From the human T2T-CHM13v2.0 reference genome, Homo sapiens: a stretch of 64,000 bases of DNA. The stretch lies in NCBI RefSeq assembly GCF_009914755.1, contig NC_060934.1, one strand, 5' to 3'. Positions 17,150 to 33,643 of this stretch are shown one piece after another (position 1 is the stretch's first letter; the number at the start of each line of letters is the position of its first letter). The notes below the pieces were generated by a model that worked only from the letters and a program-made list of their open reading frames with translations, was not told the origin of the DNA and ran no database searches. The position numbers were made by a program, and so were the translations under genes.

Positions 17150-17375
17150 ATCTCTCTCTGTGTGTATATATACATATATATACATATATGTGTATCTCTC
17201 TGTGTGTATAAATATATATATTTAGTAACTGCGTATATACACACACATATATAGTTACTGATCTATTTAGTAACTATATGTATATACTCACAGATATATA
17301 ATCAGATTTATGATCTATTTAGTAACTACGCACACACACAAACACACATACACATACATAGTTGCTAAATAGAAC
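17150..17375. repeat. Compound (TA)n/(CA)n low-complexity tract with a repeated TTTAGTAACT unit
   Basis: Read directly from the sequence. Confidence 0.8.
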
Positions 17376-17544
17376 AGAGATCTTCAGGACTATTTATCAT
17401 AATATAGTTTGACCAAACAACACATTTATAGCATTTTAATGATATTTTCATTAAATGGCTAACACGGAATATTTGATTTTTTCACCTTTATAAAACAGAG
17501 GTTATTGCACTGGGAGAGTAAAGTGATTTATACAACTAGATTTA

Positions 17545-18070
17545 ATAATCAGACTTTATTCTAGTAGCATATAAGATAAATTCAACTCAGATCAGCTTAT
17601 ACAAATAAAAGAATGCATTTGATCATATAAACTGAAAACTCAGGGATATGTTTGATTCAAGGCATAGCCATGTGTTCAAGATCATACAACGCTGCAAAGA
17701 TTTGGCCAATTTTTTTTCCATCTCTTGTCTGTGCTTTCTTTAGGTTTGTTTCACTGTCACACAGCAACTCCCCAAACATAGTATCCCCTGACATCCCTAA
17801 ATTTTATAGTCAGTGGTTCTAGTACAAAGGGAGATTCTCATTTTATGTACTTCCAATAAATGCTGTGATTGAGTCTCATTCATTCTCTGGAGTCATTCTT
17901 GAATGCCTGAAAGAGGAAAATGGAATGCACCTTTGGTTAAATTCAAGTGATGTGACTCACTGGTGCTGAATGGGGTCACCTTCATCTAAAGTACATGGGG
18001 GGGGACTAGGGGAAAGTTGTTTACAAAACAAAAGTTTGACTAGAAGATATCAAATTCTTGCAGGAAAAAT
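17545..18070 (-). mobile_element. Old MLT1 (K/L-like) MaLR LTR
   Basis: caactcagatcagctta...aaagaatgcatttgatcatataaactgaaaa resembles the antisense MLT1K/L 3' end. Confidence 0.45.
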
Positions 18071-19771
18071 GAGATCCTCTTGATATAAAATATAAAGGAG
18101 AAATAGTCTTACACTAGAAGAGTAACTTGAGCAAGAGTTTTCATTATAATTTAGAATGAATTTTTGTGATGAAATGATAGAATCTGGAAAAATGTTATTA
18201 GAAACAACAAGTAGATTAATGTACAGTTTGGGAAAAAAAGACTAAATGTGTTATTTCATGGTGTTTTGATTAGGAAGAAAAAAATTTTGAGAACATTAAG
18301 GCTCTGAGGGGAATAATGCTCAGGTTGATAAAGCAATTAGTTTCTTGGCTGAAGAACTCTCTACAAATCTGCCCTCAGAATATTTTTGTGTTATTTTATT
18401 TTCACTTCAAGAAATATATTGTATTTTTTTCCTGCCAATTCTTACTAATGCATATGGCTGAGTTAATTCTTCACTAGATTCATTTTATAGAAGATAAAGG
18501 AGATTTTTCATAAAAGATGAGTGGAATTTTTGTGACAAATGATGCTTTGGAGTCTATACGCAAAGGGCAGCCCCGACTGAGGAAAGAACTCCCTCTTCAG
18601 TTTTGCATGTAGCTCAGCACTGGTGAAGAATCTCAATGTCCGTTGGAAGCTGGAGGAGCTATTTGGGGCATGCCACCTGTGGGCCATACAGAGGGCATCA
18701 TGATCAGTGAAACATGAGAAAGCTTTATCTGGCTCAAGAAAAAGCAGAATGTGGAAGGAGCTACTTGGTGATTACACTAGCAAATATGTCTATGAACAGA
18801 GATGGGTCCCTTGGAGGACTTATGAGAAGAGTGGATTGCACTGCAGTAAACAAAAAATTGTGTGGTCAATGATGAAAACAAAAGTAAGAACTTTGGAATG
18901 CTAGCATTGGTGTAATTTCATTGATTAGAGCTCATTAAGGTGTTCTGGTTATATTTGTATTAACATATAGTATAAACGTCAAAGATCATCATTTGTATCT
19001 TAATTGTACTTGATCATGTTTTCTCGCAAATACAATTTTTAAAAAATCCAACTTAACTCTATTTGCTTGCCATCTAAAGGTGGGAACATTTAGAAGTAAC
19101 TTCTTTATTTTTTTGTTTTGACTTATTGAGTTCAGAAATTTAAAGTTTACATATTTTTTGTATATCCTCTAAAGTCACAAATTTGTGTTTTTGCTATAAA
19201 ATATCTAATAATTATTCATTAGACATTATTGTTATTGCTTGCATAATTTTTCCTAATGTGCATATTTATTGTTGTTTGCACATTTGGTAAACCAAATTTC
19301 AACAGCACTCTTCAGTGTTAATTAAATCACAATTTCTGCCTTTAGGTAATTCCATCAAGCATATGGGCCATCTGTTGCATAGACTGCAACTTATGTAATC
19401 TTCTTGGACCATCTTTCTGTTGTATGTAGTTTACCTCACTTATTTAATTACTGTATACTTCAAGATTTTGTGGTTTGCAATATGCTCACTAAATGTAATT
19501 CTGTCCATATTACACTCCCTATTCATTGAGAAGCAACAACATTTTGTGTTGATTAAAAATCAGCTTTGTTTGTCATTAGAAGCAGAATGACAACACTAAA
19601 TTATTTTTCTTTTTGTAATCATTATTATGTTTTCAGTGTCAGTAAAGTATATATTTTATTAAAATTATTCATTTTTTTGTTCAGAAAGTTTTAACATCTT
19701 ATGGATTTTAGCATGGTTTTCTCTTCTTTTCTAATTAATTTTCTGGGACATTTTATAATTAGAAATGTTAA

Positions 19772-20592
19772 ACTGCCAACAAATGTGAAAAAATCCTCAA
19801 CATCACTAATCATCAGAGAAATGCAAATCAAAACCACAGTAAGATAGCATCTTACACCAGTCAGAATGGCTATTATTAAAAGATAAAAAAAATAACAGAT
19901 GTTAGCGAGGATGTAGTGAAAAGGGAACACTATATGCTGTTAGTGAGAATGTAAATTATTTCAGCCACAGTGAAGAACAGTTTGAAGATTTCTCAAATAA
20001 CTAAAATAGAACTACCATTGGACCCAGTCGTTCTATTACTTGGTATATACCCAAGGAAAACAAACATCCTACCAAAAGGACACATGCACTTTTATGTTCA
20101 TCACAGCACTATTCACAATGACGAAGATGTGGAATCAACCTAGGCATCCATCAACAGTGGGTTGAATTAAGAAAATGCGTTACATATACACCATGGAATA
20201 CTAGCCAGAAAAATTAGCAAAATTGTGTCCTTTCCAGCAACATGGATGCAGCTGGAGGCCACCATCCTAAGCGAATTAACACGGGAACAGAAGATCAAAT
20301 ACTGCATGATCTCACTTGTAAGTGGGAGCTAAACATTGGGTACACGTGGGCACAAAGATGGGAGCAATATCACTGGGGACTACAAGATGGGAGAGGGAGG
20401 GAGGGAGGAAGCAAGGATTGAAAAACTACCTATTGGGTGTCCTGCACACTCCTTGGTGATGGGTTCAATCATACCCTGAATCTCAGTATCATGCAATATA
20501 TCCTTATAACAAACCTGTACATGTACTTACTGAATCTAAAATAAGCTGAAATTTAAAAAACAAAAATAGAAATAAACATTTTACAAGAAAAA
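19772..20592 (+). mobile_element. 5'-truncated L1PA15/16-like LINE
   Basis: ORF2 C-terminus, 3'UTR with G-rich tract and A tail; TSD core GAAATGTTA at 19762-19770 and 20597-20605. Confidence 0.88.
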
Positions 20593-21016
20593 AATTGAAA
20601 TGTTAGCAGATTTAGAATACTCTCTCTAAAAAAGAAAACTTTATCCTGTTATTCGACAATAGTTACCAATTATACTTCATCTTTTATTTGAATCTCTTGT
20701 AGATTATTTGTAAGTATATTACAGTCATTATTGGAGGGATCTCCCAGATGATCACTATATATATAGATTCCTATTTTCCAGTTTTCCATAAAGAGTTTTG
20801 CCATTATATCTGCTTACTTTTCTCACTTAAATATATTTATATAATGTAGAATATGGGCCATGATAATTTCTGTTATATGGTGTCAGCACATTATTTTCTA
20901 AAAGTTCTATTAGTTAAACATTTCAGATTTCATGCACTTAGATGAGTTTTACAAAACCAACTCAACTATTCACTTGTTGGGTTGTCCCCTTGTTTGTTAC
21001 ACATTAGAGTATTCTT

Positions 21017-21332
21017 GGCCAGGCATGGTGGCTCACGCCTGTAATCCCAGCACTTTGGGAGGCTGAGGCGGGCACATCACAAGGTCAAGAGATGGAGCCC
21101 ATCCTGGCCAACATGGTGAAACCCCGTCTCTACTAAAAATACAAAAATTAGCCATTCGTGGTGGCATGCGCTTGCAGTCCCAGCTACTCGGGAGGCTGAG
21201 GCAGGAGAATCACTTGAACCTGGGAGGCAGAGGATTCAGTGAGCCGAGATCGCACCGTTGCACTCCAGCCTGGCGACAGAGCGAGACTCCGTCTCAAAAT
21301 AAATAAATAAATAAATAAAATAAACAAATAAA
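21017..21332 (+). mobile_element. AluSc SINE
   Basis: Sc diagnostics (ggtcaagagat, cctggcgacagag); (TAAA)n tail; TATTCTT on both flanks. Confidence 0.93.
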
Positions 21333-22194
21333 TATTCTTTATCTTTTATTCTTTTCCCAAATTATGTAAATTCTTTGTGCCATTTGTATGTACAGGAGCA
21401 CTGCTTAGTTATCATAAAATTCCTTTAATTTACTGTACTAAGTTGCTTACATTTGAATGTATGTTCAAACTATTTAAATTGGACCGTGGACATTTAACAT
21501 TTTCCCATGTAACAAACCAAACTACATGTTATTACGCTAACATTTTGTTTTGCTTCTGTATAATTAATTGGCATAATTCTACCACGTTATGAATTAATTT
21601 GATCTCCTATTTTAAATTTAGATCATGTTTACGTGCAATTCATAAAACATCAACCAGAAGCTTCTATGGCTGCAGAACAACACTTCCACTAATGAAAACT
21701 ATAAAAGCCAGGTAAAATAATAATTTAACAAAACAGCTAGTTGAAGGCATTAGGGAGCAACCAAGGCAGGAAAGACATCGGGTTTTAACATCAGAGAGAG
21801 AAGAAAAAGCACGTTCACACGAAGGAAAGCCAGGTAAGATATTTTCTGCTGCCTTTCCCGTCCAGGCATTTGCTAATTTCAAAGACACAGTTGGCAAGAG
21901 TTATACATTTGTAATATGTAGATTTTTTCTTAATGTGTTTTTCCTTCAAAAATAACTTAAATATTGAGTATTTAGTCCACCTGAGTAGATTATATGCTGA
22001 GACAAATCATATTTAATTTTATTCCTTTGTCCTTTCTTTAGTATGATGAGTAGTTGCCTTAATTGATAGCTAAGTATTGAAACTCAACAGAGTTTGTGCA
22101 CATGATCTTTATTCATCTGATGTTGAAGGCTTATTTGAGTAGATTTGTTTTTTCTACTTGCACAAATCTTTGTACCACTTATTAATTAACAAGC

Positions 22195-22400
22195 ACAGTA
22201 GCATGTTCAATAATGCAGAATTTAGAGTTAGGGACCCTGGGGTTTAAATTACAGCTATTTCACACTTTAGCTTTGGAATAAAATAGGCAGGTTATTTAAC
22301 TTAACCCATTTGTGTTTCAGTATTGTCTTTTGTAGATAGGAAAATGATACTTTCTACATAGTTGATTGTTACATAAATATGGCAATAACAAAGAAAGCAA
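22195..22400 (+). mobile_element. MIR SINE fragment
   Basis: ggcaggttatttaactt...tgtgtttcagt...tgtagataggaaaatgatac core. Confidence 0.5.
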
Positions 22401-23602
22401 AGTGATAACTTGTTCAAAATTATTTGCTATTTCTATTAATACTTTTTGAAAGATATCTTAAAATAATAAGACGGTTCTCAGTCATGAAAATGTATTTTTA
22501 ACGTATAAAACATTTGTTTACTTATTTTACTGTAATGATAAGAAAAAACAAGCAAATATATTCCTAGCTATAAGAAACAATGACTATATTATTCATGTAA
22601 TTTTCAAAATTAATTCAAAAGGCATAAAGACATTTTTTCAAAAATCACTTTACAATTGTAAGAAATAATTGTTAATGAAAATGAACCTCCTTCTTACATT
22701 ATAAAAGAAGCATTTCTTTTTGACTGACAGATAATAAATCTAGAGAGAAAGTAGTAGATACAGTAGAGAATAAATTCCATAAAATTATATAGAAAAGCTG
22801 TTACAATATGCACAGTCATCTGTACTTAATAGCTACACCTAGGTTTGAATCTGTCATTAATCGGTTATTGAGCCTTGGTCAAATTACCCAAAGTAACTTC
22901 TATCATTATAGAATAACAGCTTAATAATAACATCCTGGTATACATCCTGTATTTGATAAATATAAGTTACTCAATAAATATTAACACAGTAATGTTACAA
23001 AAATTATACTTCTTGTTATTTTCAGTACTATATATAAAGTGTAATAAAAGTCTTAAGATCTTAAAATATTATAGTCTTTTTATAAAATTTTTAATTTTTA
23101 ATTTTTGTGGGTATATAATAGGTGTATATATTTATGTGGTACATAAGATATTTTGATATAGGCATATAATGTGTAATAATCACATTAGGGTAAATGGTAT
23201 ATCCATCATCTATCTCATTAAGGATTTATCCTCTCTTTGTTTTACAAGTAACCAAAATATGCTATTTTGGTTATTTTAAAATGCACAATAATTTATTACT
23301 TACTGTAGTCATCTTGTTGTGCTATCAAATACTAGATCTTATGAATTCTATCTAACTATATTTTTGTACCTATTAATATTCTCCACTCCCCACCCCTGAC
23401 TCCCACTCCCTACTACCCTTCTCAGCCTCTGGTAACCATCCTTCCACTTTCTATCTCCAAGCATTCAAATGTTTTAATTTTCAGCTCTCACAAATAAGTG
23501 AGAATACGTAAAGTTTGTCTTTCTGTGCCTGGCTTATTTCACTTAACATAGTGACCTCCAGTTTCAGGCATATTGTTGCAAATGACAGGATCTCATTGTT
23601 TT

Positions 23603-23994
23603 ATATTCTTGTTTTGTTTCTTCAATAATGTACTTTGTACATGTTCTGCTTTGGAGAAATTTTTTTAAATTTAATGCACTTTTAATTTTTGGTGACAGTT
23701 TAATGCTGAAAAAATGTCTAAATTTCCAATTTTTCAAAGATTTAATAGACATATACAGAGTTTTCTAAATTTTGCCTACAATCCAAACAATTTGTAATGA
23801 AATTTCAAATTGTAACATTTCAAAAGAGTTCATTTAAACAAATAGACTTTCAAGGGGAAGGACTGGATTGATGTTCAAAATTGGCTAAAGAAAATGCTCT
23901 GTGATGTCATAGATTCATGCCATACAGATGCGTAGAGCATGCAGTTACACTGCGATGAATTGGACATCACCTTAAACTCATGGACACTCTTACC
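23603..23994 (-). other. Putative L1 3'-transduced sequence (~390 bp)
   Basis: Non-L1 sequence lying between the L1PB 3' end and the TSD; ends in a degenerate A-rich tail on the minus strand. Confidence 0.65.
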
Positions 23995-24371
23995 TTTTTA
24001 AAATTTCAATAGTTTCTGGGGAACAGGTAGTGTTTGGTTGCATGGAAAAGTTCTTCAGTGGTGATTTCTGAGATTTTGGTGCACCTGTCACCTGAGCAGC
24101 GTACAATGTACTTAATGTGTAGACTTTTATCTGTCAAGCCCCTCTCACCCATCCTCGTGAGTCCCCAAAGCCCATTATATCATTCTTATGCCTTTTTGTC
24201 TGCATAGCTTAACTCCCACTTATAGATGAGAACATACAATACTTGGTTTTCCATTCCTGAGTTACTTCACTTAGAATAATGGTCTCCAACTCCATCTAGG
24301 TTGCCATGAATGCCATTATTTTGTTCCTTTTTATGGCTAAGTAGTATTCCATGGTATACACACATACACAC

Positions 24372-24372
<1 letters not shown>

Positions 24373-24416
<44 letters not shown>
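24373..24416. repeat. (TCTA)11 microsatellite
   Basis: Perfect tetranucleotide run within the L1PB 3' region. Confidence 0.95.
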
Positions 24417-24418
<2 letters not shown>

Positions 24419-25942
24419 ACATTACCCACTTATTGGTTGATGGGCATTTAGGTTGGTTCCATACTTTTGCTATTGTGATTTGTGCTGCTATAAACGTGAA
24501 TGTGCAAGTGTCTTTTCATATAATGATTTCTTTTCCTCTGGGTAAATACTCAGTGGTAGTATTGTGGAATTGCTGGATCAAATGGTAGTTCTACTTTTAG
24601 TTTTTAAGGAATCTTCATATTGTTTTCCAGAATGATTATACTAGTTTACATTCCCACCAGTAGTGTAAAAGTGTTCCCTTTTTACCACATCCATGCCAAC
24701 ATCTGCTATTTTTGATTTTTCAATTACAACCGTTCTTGCAGGAGTAAGATGGTATCTCATTGTGGTTTTTATTTTCATTTCCCTGATAATTAGTGATGTT
24801 GAGCATTTTTTGATGTTTGTTGGCCATTTGTATATCTTTTTTTGAGAATTGTCTCTTTATGTCCTTTGCTCATTTTTCTATGGGATTGTTTGGTCTTTTC
24901 TTGCTAATTTGTTTGAGTTCCTTATAGATTTTGGATATTAGTCCTTTGCCAGATGCATAGTTAGCAAACATTTTCTCCCACTGTATGTGTTGTCTGTTTA
25001 TTCTGGTGATTATTTCTTTTGCTGTGCAGAAGCTTTTCAGTTTAATTTGGTCCCATCTATTTATCTTTCTTTTTGTTGCATTTGCTTTTTGGTTCTTGGT
25101 CATGACATCTTTGCCTAAGCTAATGTCTAGAAAAGATTTTTCGATGTTATCTTCTAGAATTTTTAAGGTTTCAGGTCTTAGATTTAAGTCTTTGATCCAT
25201 TTTGAGTTGATTTTTGTAGAAAGTGAGAGATAAGAATCCAGCCTCATTCTTTTATATGTGCCTTGTCAATATTCCCAGCACCACTGGTTAAATAGGCTGT
25301 CCTTTTCCCACTTCATGTTTCTGTTGGCTTTGTCAAAGATCAGTTGATTGTAAGTACTTGACTTTATTTCTGGCTTTCCTATTCTGTTCCTTTGGTCTAC
25401 TTGCGTATTTTTATACCAGTACCATGCTGTTTTTTTTAACTATAGCCTTGTAGTATAGTTTGAAGTCAGGTAATGTAATGCCTGCAGGTTTGTTCCTTTT
25501 GCTTAGTCTTGCTTTGACTATGCAGACTCTTTTTTGGTTCCATAGAAATTTTAGGTTTGTTTATTCCAGTTCTGTGAAGAATGATCATGGTATTATGATG
25601 GGAATTGAATAGAATTTGTAGAATGCTTTTGGAAGCATAGTCATTTTTGCAATATTGATTCTACCCATCCACGAGCATGGGATAAGTTTCCATTTGTTTG
25701 TGTCATCAATGATTTCCTTCAGCAGTGTTTTGTAGTTTTCCTTGTGGAGACCTTTCACCTCCTTTATTAGGTATATTTCTAACTTTTATTTATTTGGTGT
25801 TTTTTTTTTGGAGCTGTTGTAAAAGGGGTTGATTTCTTGATTCTTTAATTCTCATCAATCATTCTTTGATTCTCATCTTGGTCTTTGTTGTTGTATAGCA
25901 GTGCTACGATTTGTGTACATTGATTTTTGTATCCGGAAATTT

Positions 25943-26591
25943 AATGAGATTCTGCATTTAATGTTGCAGCTCAGTAGTTAAAAAGGTTCTAATAGTTTAT
26001 TTGCTTGGTTAGCTGAAACATGGATCAAAAGAGGGCCCACTATGAGCGAGCTGGAATGCCTGATCTCCCTTGGTTTAATGTAGAGGAAGGGATCCAAAGG
26101 CTTAGGGAGATTGGAATGCTAGAGTGGATTAGTCACTTTAGACCTACTGATCCCAATCAAGAGGGTCCAGAGGACATATTCTTCATCAATATCTGGCAAA
26201 ATAGATTTGTGAGGGGAGCACCTGAATCCCTGAGGAGCTCTGTGATTGTTCTTCTCTGTACACCAAATTTTACAGTGGGAACCTCATTCACTCAACTGGA
26301 AAAGTTAAATGCAATGGGAATATTCGATCCTGAAGTGGCAGGGTCCAAGTGGCAGCACTCAACTGTCAAAGGCAAGGTGGGTGTAATTACAATAAAGGAC
26401 TGCAGAGGCAAGACAGCAATCAGAATAGTCTGACTACTGTAGGGCTCTGGAACTGGCTAATTAATCATGATGTTCCTAAAAGTGAAATCGACAGGAAGCC
26501 TACTACATTCTTACTTAATTTGTATAAGCAGAAAACTTCCAGGTCAAGTGGACAAAAAACTAATTCAAATTATAAAAATAGAGAATCATGA
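25943..26591 (+). pseudogene. gag: ERV-L gag, 3' part (frameshifted)
   Basis: MPDLPWFNVEEGIQRLREIGMLEWI and AALNCQRQGG...LWNWLINHDVPKSEIDRKPT lie in different frames. Confidence 0.85.
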
Positions 26592-26639
26592 CTCCTCAAT
26601 CAATTTCCAGATTTGAACCAATTTACAGACCCAGGTCTC

Positions 26640-29850
<3,211 letters not shown>

Positions 29851-29899
29851 GGCACCACTCACCATCACCCCTAGTGATCCACTAGCAAAATATTTGCTT

Positions 29900-30388
29900 C
29901 CTGTTCCCACTACATTAGGTTCTGCTGACTTAGAGGTCTTAATTACAGAGGGAGGAATGCTGCCATGAGGAGACACAACAATGATTCCATTAAACTGGAA
30001 GTTAAAATTGCCACCTGGTCACTTTGGGCTTCTCCTACCTCTAGGTCAACAGGTTAAGGAGGGAGTTACAGTGTTGGCTGGGGTCATTGACCCAGAGTAT
30101 AAAGATGAAATTAGCCTACTACTCCACAATGGAGGTACGGAAGAGTGTGCGTGGAATATAGCAGATCCCTTAGGGTATCTCTCAGTATTACCATGCCCTG
30201 TGATTAAGGTCAATGGGAAAGTACAACAACCTAATCCAGGCAGGACTGTGGATGACCCAGACCCCTCAGGAATGAAGGTTTTTGTCACTCTGCCAGGTAA
30301 AAAACCACAACCAGCTGAGGTGCTTGCTGAAAGCAAAGAGAATACAGAATGGGTAGTCGAAGAAGGTAGTTTTCAATACCAGCTGTGA
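29900..30388 (+). pseudogene. ERV-L dUTPase remnant
   Basis: IPLNWKLKLPPGHFGLLLP...VLAGVIDPEYKDEISLLLHN, located after integrase; upstream in-frame TGA at 29966-29968. Confidence 0.85.
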
Positions 30389-30565
30389 CCATGTGACTAG
30401 TTGCAGAACTGAAGACTGTGATTGTCATGAGTATTTCCTTCCTATTTTGTTAAGAATATGTTTGTGTATGTATATACTTGTACTGAGAAAATATCTTTAT
30501 TATATTTGAATATATATGTATATATTTGAACCCATATATGCATATATATATGGGTTCAAGTTGAT

Positions 30566-30577
30566 AAGGGGTGGACT
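30566..30577 (+). promoter_or_regulatory. HERV-L polypurine tract
   Basis: AAGGGGTGGACT immediately before the 3' LTR. Confidence 0.8.
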
Positions 30578-31139
30578 CGTGATTGTTAATATTAGGTGTC
30601 AACTTGATTGGATTAAAGGATACCTAGATAGCTGGTAAAGTATTGTTTCTGGGTATGTCTGTGAGGGTGTTGCCAAAAGAGGTTAATATTTGTCAGTGAA
30701 CTGCCGGGAGGAAGACTCAATCTCAGTGTGAGCAGGCACCATCCAATTGGCTGCCAGCATGGCTAGAACAAAGCAGGTGGAAGAAGGTGGGATAAGCTGG
30801 CTTGCTGAGTCTTCTGGCTTTAATCTGTCACCCTGGATGCTTCCTTGGACATCAGACTTTGGATTCTTTGCCTTTGGACTCTTGCACTGACACCAGTGGT
30901 TTGCTGGGGGCTCTCAGGCCTTTGGCCACAGACTGAAGCCTGCGTTAATGTCTTCCCTACTTTTTAGGCTTTTAGACTTGGACTGAGCCACTACTGGCTT
31001 CAAATGTCCTCATCTTGCAGACAGCCTATCACGGGACTTCACCTTGTGATCGTGTGAGTCAATTCTCCTTAATAAACTTTCCTGAATACATACATGTATC
31101 CTATTGGTTCTGTTTCTCTGGAGAACCCTGACTAATACA
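30578..31139 (+). mobile_element. MLT2A2-like 3' LTR of HERV-L
   Basis: gtgattgttaatattaggtgtcaacttgattggatt...ccttaataaac...gagaaccctgactaataca. Confidence 0.9.
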
Positions 31140-32017
31140 GTAGTTTCCTTTTGTTATGACATGTCCTGGTTTTTCTATTAGGGTGATACTGGCTTCATAG
31201 AATGATTTAGGGAGGATTCTCTTTTTCTCTATGTTTTGGAATACTTTCAGTAAGATTGGTATGAAATCTTTGAATGCCTGATAGAATTCAGCTGTGAATC
31301 TATCTGATCCTGGAATTTTTCTGCTTGGTATTTTTTTTTTTTTTTTTTTACTATTTCAATCTCACTACTTGTTATTGGTCTGTTCAGAGTTTCTACTGCT
31401 TCCTGATTTAATCTAGGAGGGTTGTATATTTCCAGGAATTTAACCATCTCCTCTAGATTTTCAAGTCTGTGTGCATAAAGGTGTTCACAGTAGCCTTGAA
31501 TGATCTTCTGTATTTCTGTAGTATTGGTTGTAATATCTCCTGTTTTGTTTCTAAATGAGCTTATTTGTTTTCTTGGTTAATCTCAATAATGGTTGATCGA
31601 TTTTGTTTATCTACTCAAGGAATCAGCTTTAAGTTTCATTTATCTTTTTTTGCTTGTTTGTTTATTTCAATTTCAATTAGTTCTACTCTAATCTTTGTTA
31701 TTTATTTTCTTCTGCTGGGTTTGGGTTTGGTTTGTTCTTGTTTCTCTAGTTCCTCGAAGTGTGCTCTTAGATTGTCTATTTGTGCTCTTTCAGACTTTTT
31801 GATGTAGGCATTTAATGCTATGAACTTTCATGTTAGCTCTGCTTTGTTGTGTCCCAGAGATTTTGATAAGTTGCATCACTATTATCATCTAGTTCAAAGA
31901 TTTTTTAAAATTTTTCATTATGATTTTATTGTTCACCCAAGGATCATTCAGGAGCAGATTATTTAATTTCCATGTATTTGTTTAATTTTGAAGGTTCTTT
32001 CTGTAGTTAATTTCCAG

Positions 32018-32425
32018 TTATATTGCACTGTGATCTGAGAGGGTACTTAATATAATTTTAGTTTTCTTAAATTTATCGAGACTTGTTTTGTGGCCTATCA
32101 TATGGTCTGTCTTGGAGAATGTTCCATGTGCTGATGAAAAGAATGTATATTCCGCAGTTGTTGGGTAGAATGTTCTGTAAATATCTGTTAAGTCCATTTG
32201 TTCTAGGGTATAGTTTATGCTCATTGTTTCTTTGTTGACTCTCCATCTTGATGACCTATCTAGTGCTGTCAGTGGATTATTGAAGTCCCCCACTATTACT
32301 GTGTTGCCATCTATCTCGTTTCTTAGGTTTAGTAGTAATTGTTTTATAAATTTGGGAGCTCCAATGTGAGATGCATATATATTTAGGATTGCAATATTTT
32401 CCTGTTGGACTGATACTTTGATCAT
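32018..32425 (-). pseudogene. L1PB ORF2 endonuclease-domain remnant
   Basis: ILNIYA...IVGDFNNPL...DLTDIYRTFYP...YTFFSSAHGTFSKTDHMIGHK...LSDHSAI. Confidence 0.9.
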
Positions 32426-33010
32426 TATATAATGTATCTCTTTGTCTTTTTTAACTACTGTTTCTTTAAATCTGTTTTGTCTGATATAAGAATAGCTATT
32501 TCTGCTTGCTTTTGGTTTTCATTTCCATGGAATAATTTTTTCCACCCCTTTATCTTAAGTTTATGTGAGTCCTTATGTATTAGGTGAGTCTGTTGAAGAG
32601 ATCAGATACTTGGTTGGTAAATTTTTATTCCTTCTGCTATTCTGTATCTTTTAAATGGAACATTTAGGCCATTTACATTAGGAGTTAGCATTGAGATGTG
32701 AGATAGTATTTTATTCATTCTGAATATCTTTTTTTTCCATTGTGTTATTGTTTTATAGGCCCCATGAGTTTTATGCTTAAAGGATGTTTTATTTTTATGT
32801 GTTTCAAGATTTTATTTTAAGGTTTAGAATTACTTTTAGCATTCCTTGTAATGCTGGCTTGGTAGTGGCAAATTCTCTCAGCATTTGTTTCTCTGAAAAA
32901 GACTGTATCTTCCTTTTATTTATAAAGTTTAGTTTTGCTTGATATAAATTTCTTGGATGACAATTATTTTGTTTGAGGAGGCTAATAAGAGAACATTAAT
33001 CTCTTCTTTT

Positions 33011-33643
33011 TTATAGGGTTTCTGCTAAGAAATCTGCTGTTAATCTGATAGATTTTCCTTTATAGGTCATCTGATGCTTTTGCCTCACAGTTCTTAAAAT
33101 TCTTTTGTTTGTTTTGACTTTAGATAAACTGATGACTGTATGCATAGATGATGATATGTTTGCAATGAATTTCCCAGGTGCTCTTTTGGCTTCTTGTATT
33201 TGGATGTCTAGATCTCTAGCAAGGCCAAGGAAGTTTTCTTCAATTATTCCATCAAACAAATTTTCCAAACTTTTAGATTTCTCATCTTCCTCAGGAACAC
33301 CAATTATTCTTAGGTTTGATCATTTAACACAACCCCAAACTTCTTGGAGGCTTTGTTCTTTTTTTATTATTGTTTTTTCTTTGTCCTTGTCTGATGGAGT
33401 TAATTAATAAGCCTGTCTTTGAGCTCTGAAGTTCTTTTTTCTACTTGTTCTATTGTTGACACTTTCTAGTGCATTTTGTATTTCTGTGTTTCTTTTATTT
33501 CCAGAAGTTGTGATTTTTTTTTCTTTATAATACCTATTTCTCTGGGGAATTTTTAATCTATATGCTGTATTTTTCTTTTTAATTGCTTTAAGTTGATTTT
33601 CACCTTTTTCTAATATCTCCTTGAATAGGTCAAACTTTTGCAT
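33011..33643 (-). pseudogene. L1PB ORF1 remnant
   Basis: ENLFDGIIEENFLGLARDLDIQIQEA...YKGKSIRLTADF. Confidence 0.85.

Noticed and set aside
30390-30577. env gene
   Set aside because: Less than 200 bp lies between dUTPase and the PPT; ERV-L is env-less.
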